The translations under genes and the position numbers were made by a program. A stretch of DNA of 54,327 nt from Macrostomum lignano. Its lineage: Eukaryota. The stretch's first letter is position 1, and every line of letters starts with the position of its first letter. Location of the stretch: assembly GCA_002269645.1 (NCBI GenBank), contig NIVC01004219.1:1-54327 (forward strand), given 5' to 3'. This document shows positions 24,708 to 35,924 of the stretch, piece after piece. The notes beneath the pieces were generated by a model. It had not been told where the DNA came from. It ran no database searches and was given only the letters and a program-made list of their open reading frames with translations.

Positions 24708-25754
24708 AGGCTGCGTACGGCTGTTGGTTGCACATCTGCCCATTAGGGCAGGTTTAATCAATTATTATCATTATTATGGAGCATCTATGCTGTCACATGT
24801 CCTCATGCAAACGCGTATTTTTGTGAGAGTCCTTTTAAGTGCAAGTACTTTATCAAAACTCGAAGCTCCGTCTTTTCCGTCATGTGCAGATTTTTTAAAA
24901 GTAAAATACGAATTACATGCAAGGAAGGGGTTTGTTTGTTAAATTAAATTCATTTCAAATTGGCGCCAAAAAGGAACATAGTTAAAATATCTTACAAAAC
25001 ATTTTAAACTGCCTTTAAACAACCAGTGGTTGTTAAATACGGCGAGAATAATTGTAACTATTACGCCTAGCTTTTCGGGGCGTTTGACATCGTTAATTTT
25101 GGCGCGAATTTGAATTTTGTTCAACTTAATTATCGAGCGAAATTAGGAACTCAGCTTGTATTAGGGAGGTATTCACTGTCAACTCATTTTACCTCATCAA
25201 AGCAACTATGAACGCAATAAACTACATTTTGCTCCCTGAGCAGGTGCTTTACTGTATCCCGCGCCAGTACGTGTTAAAATTGCCTCCTTAATACTCCTTG
25301 CTTACGTAAATCACTCAAATCAATTATCGAAGTTGTTTTTTCCTGCTTAAGAATTAAGACAATTTAGAAAGAGTTGCTCGCGTATAAATTTTTTCTTACT
25401 GAATTGGAAGCATCAGATTTTCAATTCTATTCATTCTATTGCTACTCGAGCTCAATCATTTCAATGAGGAGCTTGAGCGAATTCCCCCCCCCGAGGCTAT
25501 AGAATGATAAAAATGAATCCTGCAGTCAATTCCTGATTGCAATAGACGAATGGGGATACTATTTATTTGGGAGAATTGATGCAAGGCAATCCGATCCCAA
25601 TTTTAAAGATTAATCCTTTAATCTTTAAATAATAATTTAAAGATTTTATTAGAATATAAAAAATGCGCTGGATTCCTATACTCGTACATTGATTGCCACC
25701 CGTTAAAGGCGCAGACAAAATTGCATGCGATAGTAAATACAGTATGATTATTAC

Positions 25755-26205
25755 GAGCGCATGTTGCAGAGCATCAACGCAGTGCAAAACATGGAAAGAA
25801 TCTCATTCTTGCTTCAATAATCTCATTTTTTCTGACATGGTGAGAAGAAATTGAGAGTGAGACCTTCATAGTACATGTACGTTGAAGTGAGAAGCTGAGA
25901 GCCAAGAATATAGTCTTAATAAAGTCAGAATGTAAACATGAGAGTCAGGATAAGAAGCTCGGGGAGTCAGGATGAGAAGCTCAGGGAGTCAGGAGTGAGA
26001 GTCAGGGTGAGAAGCTCGGAGAGTCAAGATGAGAAGCTGAGAGAGTCAGGAGTGAGAGTCAGGATGATAAGCTCAGTGAGTCAGGAGTGAGAAGCTCGGA
26101 GATTCAGGATTGAGAGTCAGGATGAGAAGGTCGGAGAGTCAGGGTTAAGAGTCGGGATGAGAAGCTCCGAGAGTCAGGATGAGAAGCCCCGAGAGTCAGG
26201 ATGAG
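25755..26205. repeat. Right arm of diverged inverted repeat including 22-bp array (TCAGGATGAGAAGCTCGGAGAG)
   Basis: AATCTCATTCTTGCTTC, GACATGGTGAGAA and GAGAAGCTGAGAG blocks mirror 23820-24030. Confidence 0.85.
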
Positions 26206-26322
26206 CTGATATTTAGGACGAGAGGGTGAGCCAGTAGAAAACTGGGGGTTTTAGAGTCAGGGTGAGAAAATGATAGTCAGAATGAAAGCAGAGTCAATGC
26301 CAGACCGAACTGACTCCCACAG

Positions 26323-26738
26323 GCCCGCTGATGCTGTACCGGTTTCTAAGAAAGTTCGAACGCCAGCGCCAGTGCAAACCGTCCGATCCCAGCTGCTCAG
26401 TGTGCCTGATGGAGCCGGAGGCCACCATGCCCTACGTGGACCCCTCCCAGCGGGACCTGCTGCGCGAGCGGTGCCGGGCGGCCCTCAGCCGGCGCTCGCT
26501 GCTGCCCTCTCTGACTAGCAACGCTCTGCGTGCCAATTTCTGCGCCGGACCGGGCGCCGGCGCCATCGACTGGCTGGCTGGTACGCCGCGCAATGGCAAC
26601 GGCGGCATAGTGTTCGCCGAGCACGACTTCCTGCACCTGGCCTACGGCAACTGGCGGCCCAGCCAAGTGCTCAACGCCAGCTGGCTGTCCGCGGAATATC
26701 CCGGCCGGGTAACCCTGGTGACAGAGGAGCTGCCCTAG
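26323..26738 (+). CDS. GT32 glycosyltransferase, exon 2
   Basis: Acceptor CTGACTCCCACAG|GC. Splicing in phase 1 recreates the conserved TGP motif (Y-T-G-P-L-M-L). HLAYGNW late motif, stop TAG at 26738. Total CDS 1101 nt. Confidence 0.88.
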
Positions 26739-27009
26739 CTTTCTTTCGCTTCAAGTCTTTAATCATTCCTGACTTCTTTAGACCTGTAAACCGCTTTGAG
26801 TTTGGTGATGCAATTGGCGACGAAGCTTTCGTTCTGCGATTCTAATAAAGATTGTTTATGATTTTTCTGTTCAGCTTTCTACGAGTCGCAAGTTCATTGA
26901 TTTCAGTCTAAAACAGTAGCAGCGCTATGCTCACTTGCGAGTTGCACTGGGTCGCTTTCATAAACCCTAATTTTTACGTCCTAAAATTGTGCACAGTATT
27001 TCATAAGCT

Positions 27010-28005
27010 CTTAATTTCACAAGCCTTAAATTTCATAAGCCCTAAATTTCATAAGCCCTAAATTTCACAAGCCCTAAATTTCATAAGCCCTAAATTTCAC
27101 AAGCCCTAAATTTCATAAGCCCTAAATTTCACAAGCCCTAAATTTCACAAGCCCTAAATTTCATAAGCCCTAAATTTCATAAGCCCTAAATTTCACAAGC
27201 CCTAAATTTCACAAGCCCTAAATTTCATAAGCCCTAAATTTCATAAGCCCTAAATTTCACTCACAAGCCCTAAATTTCATAAGCCCTAAATTTCATAAGC
27301 CCTAAATTTCACAAGCCCTAAATTTCATAATCTCTAAATTTCATAAGCCCTAAATTTCACAAGCCCTAAATTTCATAAGCCCTAAATTTCACAAGCCCTA
27401 AATTTCATAAGCCCTAAATTTCATAAGCCCTAAATTTCATAAGCCCTAAATTTCACTCACAAGCCCTAAATTTCATAAGCCCTAAATTTCATAAGCCCTA
27501 AATTTCACAAGCCCTAAATTTCATAATCTCTAAATTTCATAAGCCCTAAATTTCACGAGCCCTAAATTTCATAAGCCCTAAATTTCATAAGCCCTAAATT
27601 TCATAAGCCCTAAATTTCACTCACAAGCCCTAAATTTCATAAGCCCTAAATTTCATAAGCCCTAAATTTCACAAGCCCTAAATTTCATCATAATCTCTAA
27701 ATTTCATAAGCCCTAAATTTCACAAGCCCTAAATTTCATAAGCCCTAAATTTCACAAGCCCTAAATTTCATAAGCCCTAAATTTCATAAGCCCTAAATTT
27801 CACTCACAAGCCCTAAATTTCATAAGCCCTAAATTTCATAAGCCCTAAATTTCACAAGCCCTAAATTTCATAATCTCTAAATTTCATAAGCCCTAAATTT
27901 CACAAGCCCTAAATTTCATAAGCCCTAAATTTCACAAGCCCTAAATTTCATAAGCCCTAAATTTCACAAGCCCTAAATTTCATAAGCCCTAAATTTCACA
28001 AGCCC
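27010..28005. repeat. Minisatellite, 16-bp unit (AGCCCTAAATTTCAYA) with higher-order blocks
   Basis: Recurrent TCAC insertions and ATCTCTAAA variants mark duplicated blocks. Confidence 0.97.
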
Positions 28006-28021
28006 TAGATGAAATAGACGA

Positions 28022-28262
28022 GAGTTTAAACATCGGAGGTAATGATACCTGGGACTGGGAGTTTAAACATCGGAGGTAATGATACCTGGGACTGGGAGTT
28101 TAAGCATCGGAGGTAATGATACCTGGGACTGGGAGTTTAAGCATCGGAGGTAATGATACCTGGGACTGGGAGTTTAAACATCGGAGGTAATGATACCTGG
28201 GACTGGGAGTTTAAAGTACATCGGAAGTAATGATACCTGGGACTGGCTGATTAAAGTACAAC
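28022..28262. repeat. Tandem array, 37-bp unit (GGGAGTTTAAACATCGGAGGTAATGATACCTGGGACT)
   Basis: About 6 copies (28022/28059 period). Confidence 0.93.
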
Positions 28263-29257
28263 GGAGGTCTCGGTTACTTTAAAAAGACTTTATCAAGCCA
28301 TTGGTCTGGAGATAAAGACTGGCACTTGAATTATGAAAACATTAGTGAAAACCCCAGAGATACGAATAATTAAAAAAACAAAAACAAAATAAACGAATTC
28401 AGTTTACTTAAAACAATTTATAATTGGCGAGCGAAGCAGTATATTCCGATGCTAACATGTATATAATAATAATAATAAATAATGCACTATTCAGATAATA
28501 AAAAGCTATATTAGTGCATATATAACCGAATTTATATTAGCCAATACAACAATAAACATATCAACGATTGTTGTTCTAATCAGCAAACGAAAAAAACCGC
28601 GCGCAAAAAAACGAATAAAATGTTTTTCCAATCATAATTTTAGCTATAACGAATAGCATATGGCACCAGCTGACACTTAACAGCCATCGTGTAAAATAAA
28701 GCAAAAAGGCAAGCAGGTTTTTATTTTGAAGTCTTAGAAAAAAGGTTTTTTTATTAAACAAAGCACGCGTTAGAAGAAACCTCTGAGTGAAATAGAAATA
28801 CATGTATGGCTCTAATCTCAATGGGCCCGGGGGTTGCTTCAGTCGGACAGACAAATATAAACTATATAAACATTAGGAATAAAAGTTTAATAAAAATCTT
28901 GGCGTAATCAGGCAGGATAAGAACTATATATACAATATAAGATGAGAAATTGAGCTTTACAATGAATATTGTAACGATTTAGATAGCACATTTCTTAGTA
29001 AATTGTATTATTAGCATAATAACTGCATGCCATGCCACGACAGCAGAGAAGCAATTTACACTCGTCAGCTAGCGGATGGGGACGCAGTCAAGCGGAAAAA
29101 ATACATTTAGACCAAGAAATGGCTGTGGGGTTGCTGACCTAGCAAAGCAGTAGCCATATTGCCATATTGATACTGTGTGAATCCCGCTATCGCATATTGA
29201 ACACCTACGCGTTATCCATCCACGAAGTTCTGGCTGAGTTAGACGCATCACATTCTT

Positions 29258-29519
29258 TTAGCACCCTTCAGTCCCTTTGTATCAGCTGCAGCACCCTTCA
29301 GTCCCTTTGTATCAGCTGCAACACCCTTCACCCCCTTTGTATCAGCTGCAACACCCTTCACCCCCTTTGTATCAGCTGCAACACCCTTCACCCCCTTTGT
29401 ATCAGCTGCAACGCCCTTCACCCCTTTGTATCAGCTGCAACACCCTTCACCCCTTTATATCAGCTGCAGCACCCTTCACCCCCTTTGTATCAGCTGCAAC
29501 ACCCTTCACCCCCTTTGTA
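29258..29519. repeat. Minisatellite, 30-bp unit (TATCAGCTGCAACACCCTTCACCCCCTTTG), left of mariner
   Basis: 30-bp period. Ends at the TA target of the mariner. Confidence 0.93.
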
Positions 29520-30483
29520 CTTCGGGTGTGTCATACGTAATGTCACTGCAGGCCTCTGTCTAAAATATGTAGGCACATGGACTTGTGGGTAGTGTAGCTG
29601 CAAAGTATACCTAGTGAAGCAATAGCAGTGCATTTGAGACGTGCATAGGTTGTTTATGGCCCAAGCTATCGCAAGAATACGCCAAGCAGATTTAGCAAGT
29701 GCAACGCGATGAAAAACCGTCTATGCAGCGAACAAAAATCACCATGAATCTCGACATGACGCCTGCACCAAGCAGATCCGCAAGGTGTTTAGCAGCCGGG
29801 GCTTGAATGACATCCTAAACTGCCTGGTTGCTGAGGATGAAAGCTGGCTCCACCTGGATGGCAAGGGCAGCAAGGCAGATAATCGCTGCTGGTTGGGAGC
29901 TGGGGACTCCAGGCCGATGGTGACTAGGAAGTCCATCTCGGACAAGAAGACCATGCTGCTGGTAGCCTTTACGCCAAACAAACGAGTCTCCATCTGCACA
30001 ACTCCACCGAACGTCAAGGTCGATGGCCAGTATTTTATCGACTTTTTCCGGCACACTGGGGACCTCTGGTGCACTCTCCGTTCAAATCCATGTCACCTGG
30101 ACGAGGTTCTGTGGCAGATGGACACCGCACGGCTGCACACCTGAAGGCTGTTTCGAATTTTCTGCCTGCACGGCAAGTGAATATGCTCTGACAGTCCCTA
30201 CAGCCCAGACTTCAACTTTTGCAAGAGATTCCTGTTCAAATGGCTGAAGGCTGACTTTTCCAAGAAGAGTTGCAAACCATGAAGAGGTAAAACAGGCCGC
30301 GTTGCACTGGTTATGGCAGTTGGAGGAAAAACACCTGCAGGCTGAGGTGGACAAGCTGTATGAGCACTGCCAGGTGATTGATATTGGGGGACTCTATGTT
30401 GTTGAGTGGTACAGTTTTGTTCATCTGCGATTGCAAGTTCGTCTGTTTTCACATCAGTGACATTACTTATGACACACCCGAAG
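29520..30483 (+). mobile_element. mariner (Tc1/mariner) element, internally deleted, 29-bp TIRs, TA TSD
   Basis: TIR CTTCGGGTGTGTCATACGTAATGTCACTG (29520-29548) versus 30455-30483, 28/29 match. TA at 29518-19 and 30484-85. Transposase remnant DESW...KKTMLLV...QMDTARLH...SPYSPDFN...FLFKWLK...VDKLYEHCQVIDIGGLYV with stops and frameshifts. Confidence 0.95.
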
Positions 30484-30708
30484 TATCAGCTGCAACACCC
30501 TTCAGCCCCAATTTCAGGCTCAGCTGCAACACCCTTCAGCCTCAATTTCAGGCTCAGCTGCAACACCCTTCAGCCTCAATTTCAGGCTCAGCTGCAACAC
30601 CCTTCAGCCTCAATTTCAGGCTCAGCTGCAACACCCTTCAGCCCCAATTTCAGGCTCAGCTGCAACACCCTTCAGCCTCAATTTCAGGCTCAGCTGCAAC
30701 ACCCTTCA
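30484..30708. repeat. Minisatellite, 34-bp unit (CTCAGCTGCAACACCCTTCAGCCTCAATTTCAGG), right of mariner
   Basis: 34-bp period (30541/30575). Shares the core CAGCTGCAACACCCTTCA with the left array. Confidence 0.93.
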
Positions 30709-31369
30709 CCAGTTTTTAGCAGCACCTCGCACTTTAGATGATGACAGAAAAAGTTATTTAATCAACTAAAAAACATACTTCTACAGAAGATAAAAACGGG
30801 AACTTTAGAAAAGCAGAGTTTAGTACAATAATAAACAGAAAAGTCGCATTTGATTGTTGTGTTAATACTTAATAAACAATCATTTTAATACAGCAAAGCT
30901 TAAATTTGAGTAAGAATAAATCGGCGTTAAAAACGGAGGGCCAAGAAAAGAAGCAGACAAGGTAATAAAGAACAAGCTAGAAATTGCACCAGCAGAGAAG
31001 CAGGCCGCTGCAAAAAAGCTTTCGCCAACTGTTAAGTCATAAAACTCCTGCTAGCTTAATTCTGCACTCAACTCGCGGCAGAGAATCTGTTCCCCAAGCA
31101 GGATTTGGCCAGTCAAAGTAGGGACTCTGCACACAACAGCCTACCTCTTGTTAACCAAATTGGCCCAGTAAAACAATGGCTTCATCAAGAAGCAGGAGAG
31201 AATGTGGTAAATTAGATTAGGACTTGATTGAACCTGCTTAGTAATCTTTACCTGCACCAGCCAACCTCAACTCACTGAGTACAGACTGTTTTGCGTTAGG
31301 AGAAGAAAAAATGTTATTAATAAAATAGCAGCACACAGCAGACTGCAGTGGCTGCAGGCCTCTCACGGC

Positions 31370-31509
31370 TCACACAGCGGCCTCAGCAACGTCCTTCTCG
31401 TCCTGTTTAACTAGAAGCGGGTCGTTCTTCTTGCCCAGGATGTCCATCAGCGACTCCGGCATGAAGTAGGGCTTCTCGGCCGATCCGTCATTGCGCTCCA
31501 GATCCTCCA
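31370..31509 (-). CDS. SLC44A2: SLC44/CTL2-like choline transporter-like protein, exon 12 (last)
   Basis: (L)EDLERNDGSAEKPYFMPESLMDILGKKN, the canonical CTL C-terminus. Acceptor CGCAG at 31510, stop TGA 31370-31372. The symbol denotes the SLC44A2/4/5 clade. Confidence 0.93.
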
Positions 31510-31693
31510 CTGCGATTGAAAAGTACAAAATTTAATATGCGGGAGAGATTGCGTTACAGTCTGAGAAGCGGAACTGAACTTGGCAGTTAAACCCTGACAA
31601 CCGGAAGTAGGTAGGCTGATTGTCTAACCAGAGGACCGAATTTGGCTAGGGTAGTGCTTCAACCTTTTTTATTAGAAGCAGGGGGCAGGGGCG

Positions 31694-31853
31694 CACTTTA
31701 AGCGACATTGTCACACAACCGGCGAGAGGCATTACTGCCCATTCTGCCGACTCACCGTTCCGCGGATACGTGCGCAGACAGACGCACAGGCACACACTTA
31801 ACACAGGAGTGTACAGCGGCCCTAACTTTATTTATCGTTAGGCATGTACACTT
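31694..31853. repeat. Dispersed repeat copy 1 (~160-170 bp)
   Basis: Direct copy at 33147-33319 (CACTTTAAGCGACATTGTCACACAACCGGCGAGAGG...GGCATGTACACTT). Confidence 0.85.
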
Positions 31854-31904
31854 ATTTCACGGTCTTTGGGGTTGGCCCTTAAGGAAGTGGGTAGGGTGGT
31901 GGTC

Positions 31905-32140
31905 CAACCAGAGGACCGGAAGTGGGTAGGGTGGTGGTCTAATCAGAGGACTGGAAGTGGGTAGGGTGGTGGTCTAATCAGAGGACTGGAAGTGGGTAGG
32001 GTAGTGGTCTAATCAGAGGACTGGAAGTGGGTAGGGTAGTGGTCTAATTAGAGGACCGGAAGTGGGTAGGGTGGTGGTCCAATCAGAGGACTGGAAGTGG
32101 GTAGGGTGGTGGTTCAATCAGAGGACCGGAAGTGGGTACT
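31905..32140. repeat. Tandem array, 35-bp unit (GAGGACYGGAAGTGGGTAGGGTGGTGGTCTAATCA)
   Basis: 35-bp period (31921/31956). Confidence 0.93.
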
Positions 32141-32223
32141 TGTGCTACTTCACCAACTATTAGTGTAGCATATTATTATAAATACTAAAAATCTAATAAC
32201 ATAGCATGTGTAAAAGCACTCAC

Positions 32224-32308
32224 GGAAGCACAGGAACATGGTGTCAACGCCCATATTGTAGACGGACAAGAACAGGCAGGCGCAGAAGTAGGTGAACACC
32301 ATTATAAG
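32224..32308 (-). CDS. SLC44A2: SLC44/CTL2-like exon 11
   Basis: LIMVFTYFCACLFLSVYNMGVDTMFLCF. CAG acceptor, GTGAGT donor, phase 0 to 1. Confidence 0.93.
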
Positions 32309-32809
32309 CTGTCAAGTTTAGCAAGTGTGGAAGTATAGGTAAGTTTCTTATTTATACGCTCGTATACTCGTACAGTAGTTACAATTTCAAAATTACTTTC
32401 AAATGCGAGGCGATTGCAATGGATTAGTTTGATATTAAGAACAATAAAAATTAATGGTATAAAATGGAAAAGCAATTGATTGGACGAATAAATATGCGGC
32501 GCAACTAGCAAAACTGCAGTAGCATCTATGCACTACGCTACATTGCATATAACTGTTTTGCATTTGTCAGTCAACTAAGGACAGACAAGATGGTATTCAA
32601 TTCTTGTCCCGAAGCCCTACTGCGCATAAGAGCAGAACCTCCACTGCACAATGTAACCAAAGTACCTTGTGCATGCTAATTAGGAGGTAAAAGTACAGGA
32701 AAGATGGAAATTAAACTATTGGGCATCTCACTCTGCAGTCTAATCGGACTGATGACAAAGGCTCTCAGTAGACGCTGTTCGATTTCATATGAACTTTAAT
32801 ATGATTTAG

Positions 32810-33105
32810 ATGCATGGCGGCTGCATCAAATGGGCTCAAGATATGTCATGTGGATGCATGGCGGCTGCATCAGGTGGGCTCAAGATATGTCAGGTGGATG
32901 CATGGCGACTACACAGGTGAGCTCAAGGTATGTCAGGTGGATGCATGGCGGCTGCACCAGGTGGGCTCAAGGTATGTCAGGTGGATGCATGGCGGCTGCA
33001 CAGGTGAGCTCAAGGTATGTCAGGTGGATGCATGGCGGCTGCACCAGGTGGGCTCAAGGTATGTCAGGTGGATGCATGGCGGCTGCACCAGGTGGGCTCA
33101 AGGTA
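32810..33105. repeat. Tandem array, 44/43-bp alternating units
   Basis: GCTCAAGGTATGTCAGGTGGATGCATGGCGGCTGCACCAGGTGG, spacings 44,43,44,43,44,44. Confidence 0.93.
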
Positions 33106-33146
33106 TGTTTTTCATTAGAGGCAGGGGGGTTGTGTGCACCCTGGCC

Positions 33147-33319
33147 CACTTTAAGCGACATTGTCACACAACCGGCGAGAGGCATTACTGCCCATTCCAC
33201 CGACTCCCCTGAGCAGGCACACAAGCGCGCGGATACGTACGCAGTCATACGCACAGGCACACACTCACACAGGAGTGTACAGCGGCCCTAACTTTATTTA
33301 TCGTTAGGCATGTACACTT
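33147..33319. repeat. Dispersed repeat copy 2
   Basis: Matches 31694-31853. Confidence 0.85.
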
Positions 33320-33900
33320 CACTGTGCCTTGGGGGGGCCTTCAAGGGCGTTACGCTCGTAATTGCACGAGCAGAGCCAAACCGAGATTCCAATTTAGCCC
33401 CAAATTAATGTGACTGCACTTGGAATCGAGCCTGGGCCGCTGGCATATCAGAGTGCGGTAGGCTACAGCAACTCAGGGCATATTGCAGAATATCCTACGC
33501 CACGTGACGACAGTCAAAGGCATTTTTAGAGTTGACTGTTATAATAGTTAGGCATTGTTAGGCTAAGATAACGCTGCAAAAATATCAGGTCAAGTCATAT
33601 ATTTTAGTTTTTTTTAAATTGTTTGAAAAAGTACTTCAGTGATTGTTTCTGTTCAATAAAAATTTAAAACCTAGTTTTCAAAGCAAAAAAATTGTTTTTA
33701 AAACCAAATTAAAAAAATCAACAAACTGCTGTAGTAATTTAGAATTCACTTCAAACAAGCTGATTCATTTTTCTTTGATTAAAACTGATGGCAAAAAAAT
33801 TTTTAACTGTGTTAAAATCAACTGAGCTACTAAACTCGACAAAAACGTCAGTCGCCGTATAAATATTAGTGAGTTAGTAGCCAAATCTTAATAAACTTAC

Positions 33901-34004
33901 AAGCAGAGGTACAAGATTATAATTAAGATCTTTCGGCGTCAGACTGTCAATAAAGGCGAGCCTGTTGCCGATTGTGCCATCAAATGTGAAGAAGAATAGC
34001 ACTC
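33901..34004 (-). CDS. SLC44A2: SLC44/CTL2-like exon 10
   Basis: (G)VLFFFTFDGTIGNRLAFIDSLTPKDLNYNLVPLL. TAG acceptor, GTAAGT donor. Bridges phase 1 to phase 0 exactly as the neighbouring exons require. Confidence 0.88.
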
Positions 34005-34124
34005 CTATATTGGAGACGGGTGGTGCCACAGCGGTGCTTTTAGTAAGTCTCATTCACCTGAGCAGCTTTTTACATAATAGTTAACTAAATACACTTTGTT
34101 TAGTACGGTAGGTACTGGTCACAG

Positions 34125-35030
34125 CCTAAGCCTGGGGATCTGGGGAGACGGTGGCGCCCCGGCCTGGGCATATGGGGAGACGGTGGCGCCCCGGCCTGGG
34201 GATATGGGAGGGGGCGGCGCCCCAGCCTGGGGATCTGGGGAGATGGTGGCGCGCCCCAGCCTGAGGATCCGGGGAGATGGTGGCGCGCCCCAGCCTGAGG
34301 ATCCGGGGAGAGGGTGGCGCCCTAGCCTGGGGATCTGGAGAGAGGGTGGCGCCCCAGCCTGGGGATCTTGAGAGAGGGTGGCGCCCCAGCTTGGGGAGCT
34401 GGGAAGATGGTGGCGCCCCAGCTTGGGGAGCTGGGAAGATGGTGGCGCCCCAGCCTGGGGATCTGGGGAGACGGTGGTGCCCCGGCCTGGGCATATGGGG
34501 AGACGGTGGCGCCCCGGCCTGGGGATATGGGGAGGGGGTAGCGCCCCAGCCTGGGGATCTGGGGAGATGGTGGCGCGCCCCAGCCTGAGGATCCGGGGAG
34601 ATGGTGGCGCGCCCCAGCCTGAGGATCCGGGGAGATGGTGGCGCCCCAGCCTGGGGATCTGGGGAGACGGTGGCGCCCCGGCCTGGGCATATGGGGAGAC
34701 GGTGGCGCCCCGGCCTGGGGATATGGGCAGGGGGTGGCGCCCCAGCCTGGGGATCTGGGGAGATGGTGGCGCGCCCCAGCCTGAGGATCCGGGGAGATGG
34801 TGGCGCGCCCCAGCCTGAGGATCCGGGGAGATGGTGGCGCCCCAGCCTGGGGAGCTGGGGAGAGGGTGGCGCCCTAGCCTGGGGATATGGAGAGAGGGTG
34901 GCGCCCCAGCCTGGGGATCTTGGGAGAGGGTGGCGCCCCAGCTTGGGGAGCTGGGAAGATGGTGGCGCCCCAGCCTGGGGATCTGGGAAGATGGTGGCGC
35001 CCCAGCCTGGGGATCTGGGGAGAGGGTGGC
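34125..35030. repeat. GC-rich minisatellite, ~32-bp unit (GGGGAGATGGTGGCGCCCCAGCCTGGGGATCT)
   Basis: 32-bp period. Accounts for the cluster of overlapping Pro/Gly-rich ORFs. Confidence 0.96.
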
Positions 35031-35924
35031 GGCTCAAATATTGTCTATCCAAGAAATAAACTAAGGCTGATTGACAACAACACGGAGTTGCTATGCAAAA
35101 ACACTATATATACATTTTTCAAGCCGCTTGAATTTCTAGTAGATAATATAGAAGTAAAAAAGTATAAATGCTTTGATAATGTACTGCATCGGGCACTCCA
35201 AAAAAAGAAGCACATGACTAGCAAACGAAAAATAAATAAACACAAAGGTGGCACAAAATGTATTTAGTAATGGAGACAATGCTTAGCAATCATAATAAAC
35301 GTGTGCGCATATTGATCCACCAAGTCCAACATACCGCCGCATGCATTGCTCGAGCAAACAGAATCCCATTACAGCCCCGATAACCTACTAGGAGAGCTTT
35401 AAAACATGCAGTGGGTGAAGAGAAATTCTACGCTAGGTGTTAGTAAAAAAGTCAGCAGAGAGGAAAATCGAACATGGATTTTCTAGCTGGCACACGACAT
35501 GAAATAAGCTACAGCTCTGCAGACCCGCGCACACGCCCACACAGATGCAGGAAAGCTAAGCCTAGCAAATGGGGCAAGTGCAAATACACACACACATAGC
35601 GGTAGAAAAAAGTGCATCCAAGTAGCCATTAATTTCAATGCAGGTCTTACGATAGGCACAGAGTAGCTGTGAGCGGCTCCGGACTTCGTCATTGGCTCGT
35701 CGTGCGGGTGCATGAAGAGATTGAAGATTGCGACTGGCGGGGCCAGAAAAGGAATTTTAGGCGTTCGGGGATTCGCATTGCGGCTGATTGAAAGCATAGA
35801 GGAGCCGACTCTGGTGGCTCTTTTTGTATTGGCATTGCATATGCACTGTCACGCTCTTGATTAGAGACAGTGAAAATGAGTCATAGCTCACTTATTGGTT
35901 AGAGCAAGGAAACTCGTAGTCTAA

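Noticed and set aside
33395-33485. tRNA-like head on minus strand (GGCTCGATTCC box B)
   Set aside because: Box A and the cloverleaf are degenerate. At most an old SINE fragment, not a tRNA gene.
34096-35267. Cluster of long Pro/Gly-rich ORFs
   Set aside because: A GC-rich 32-bp minisatellite lacking stop codons, inside a CTL intron.
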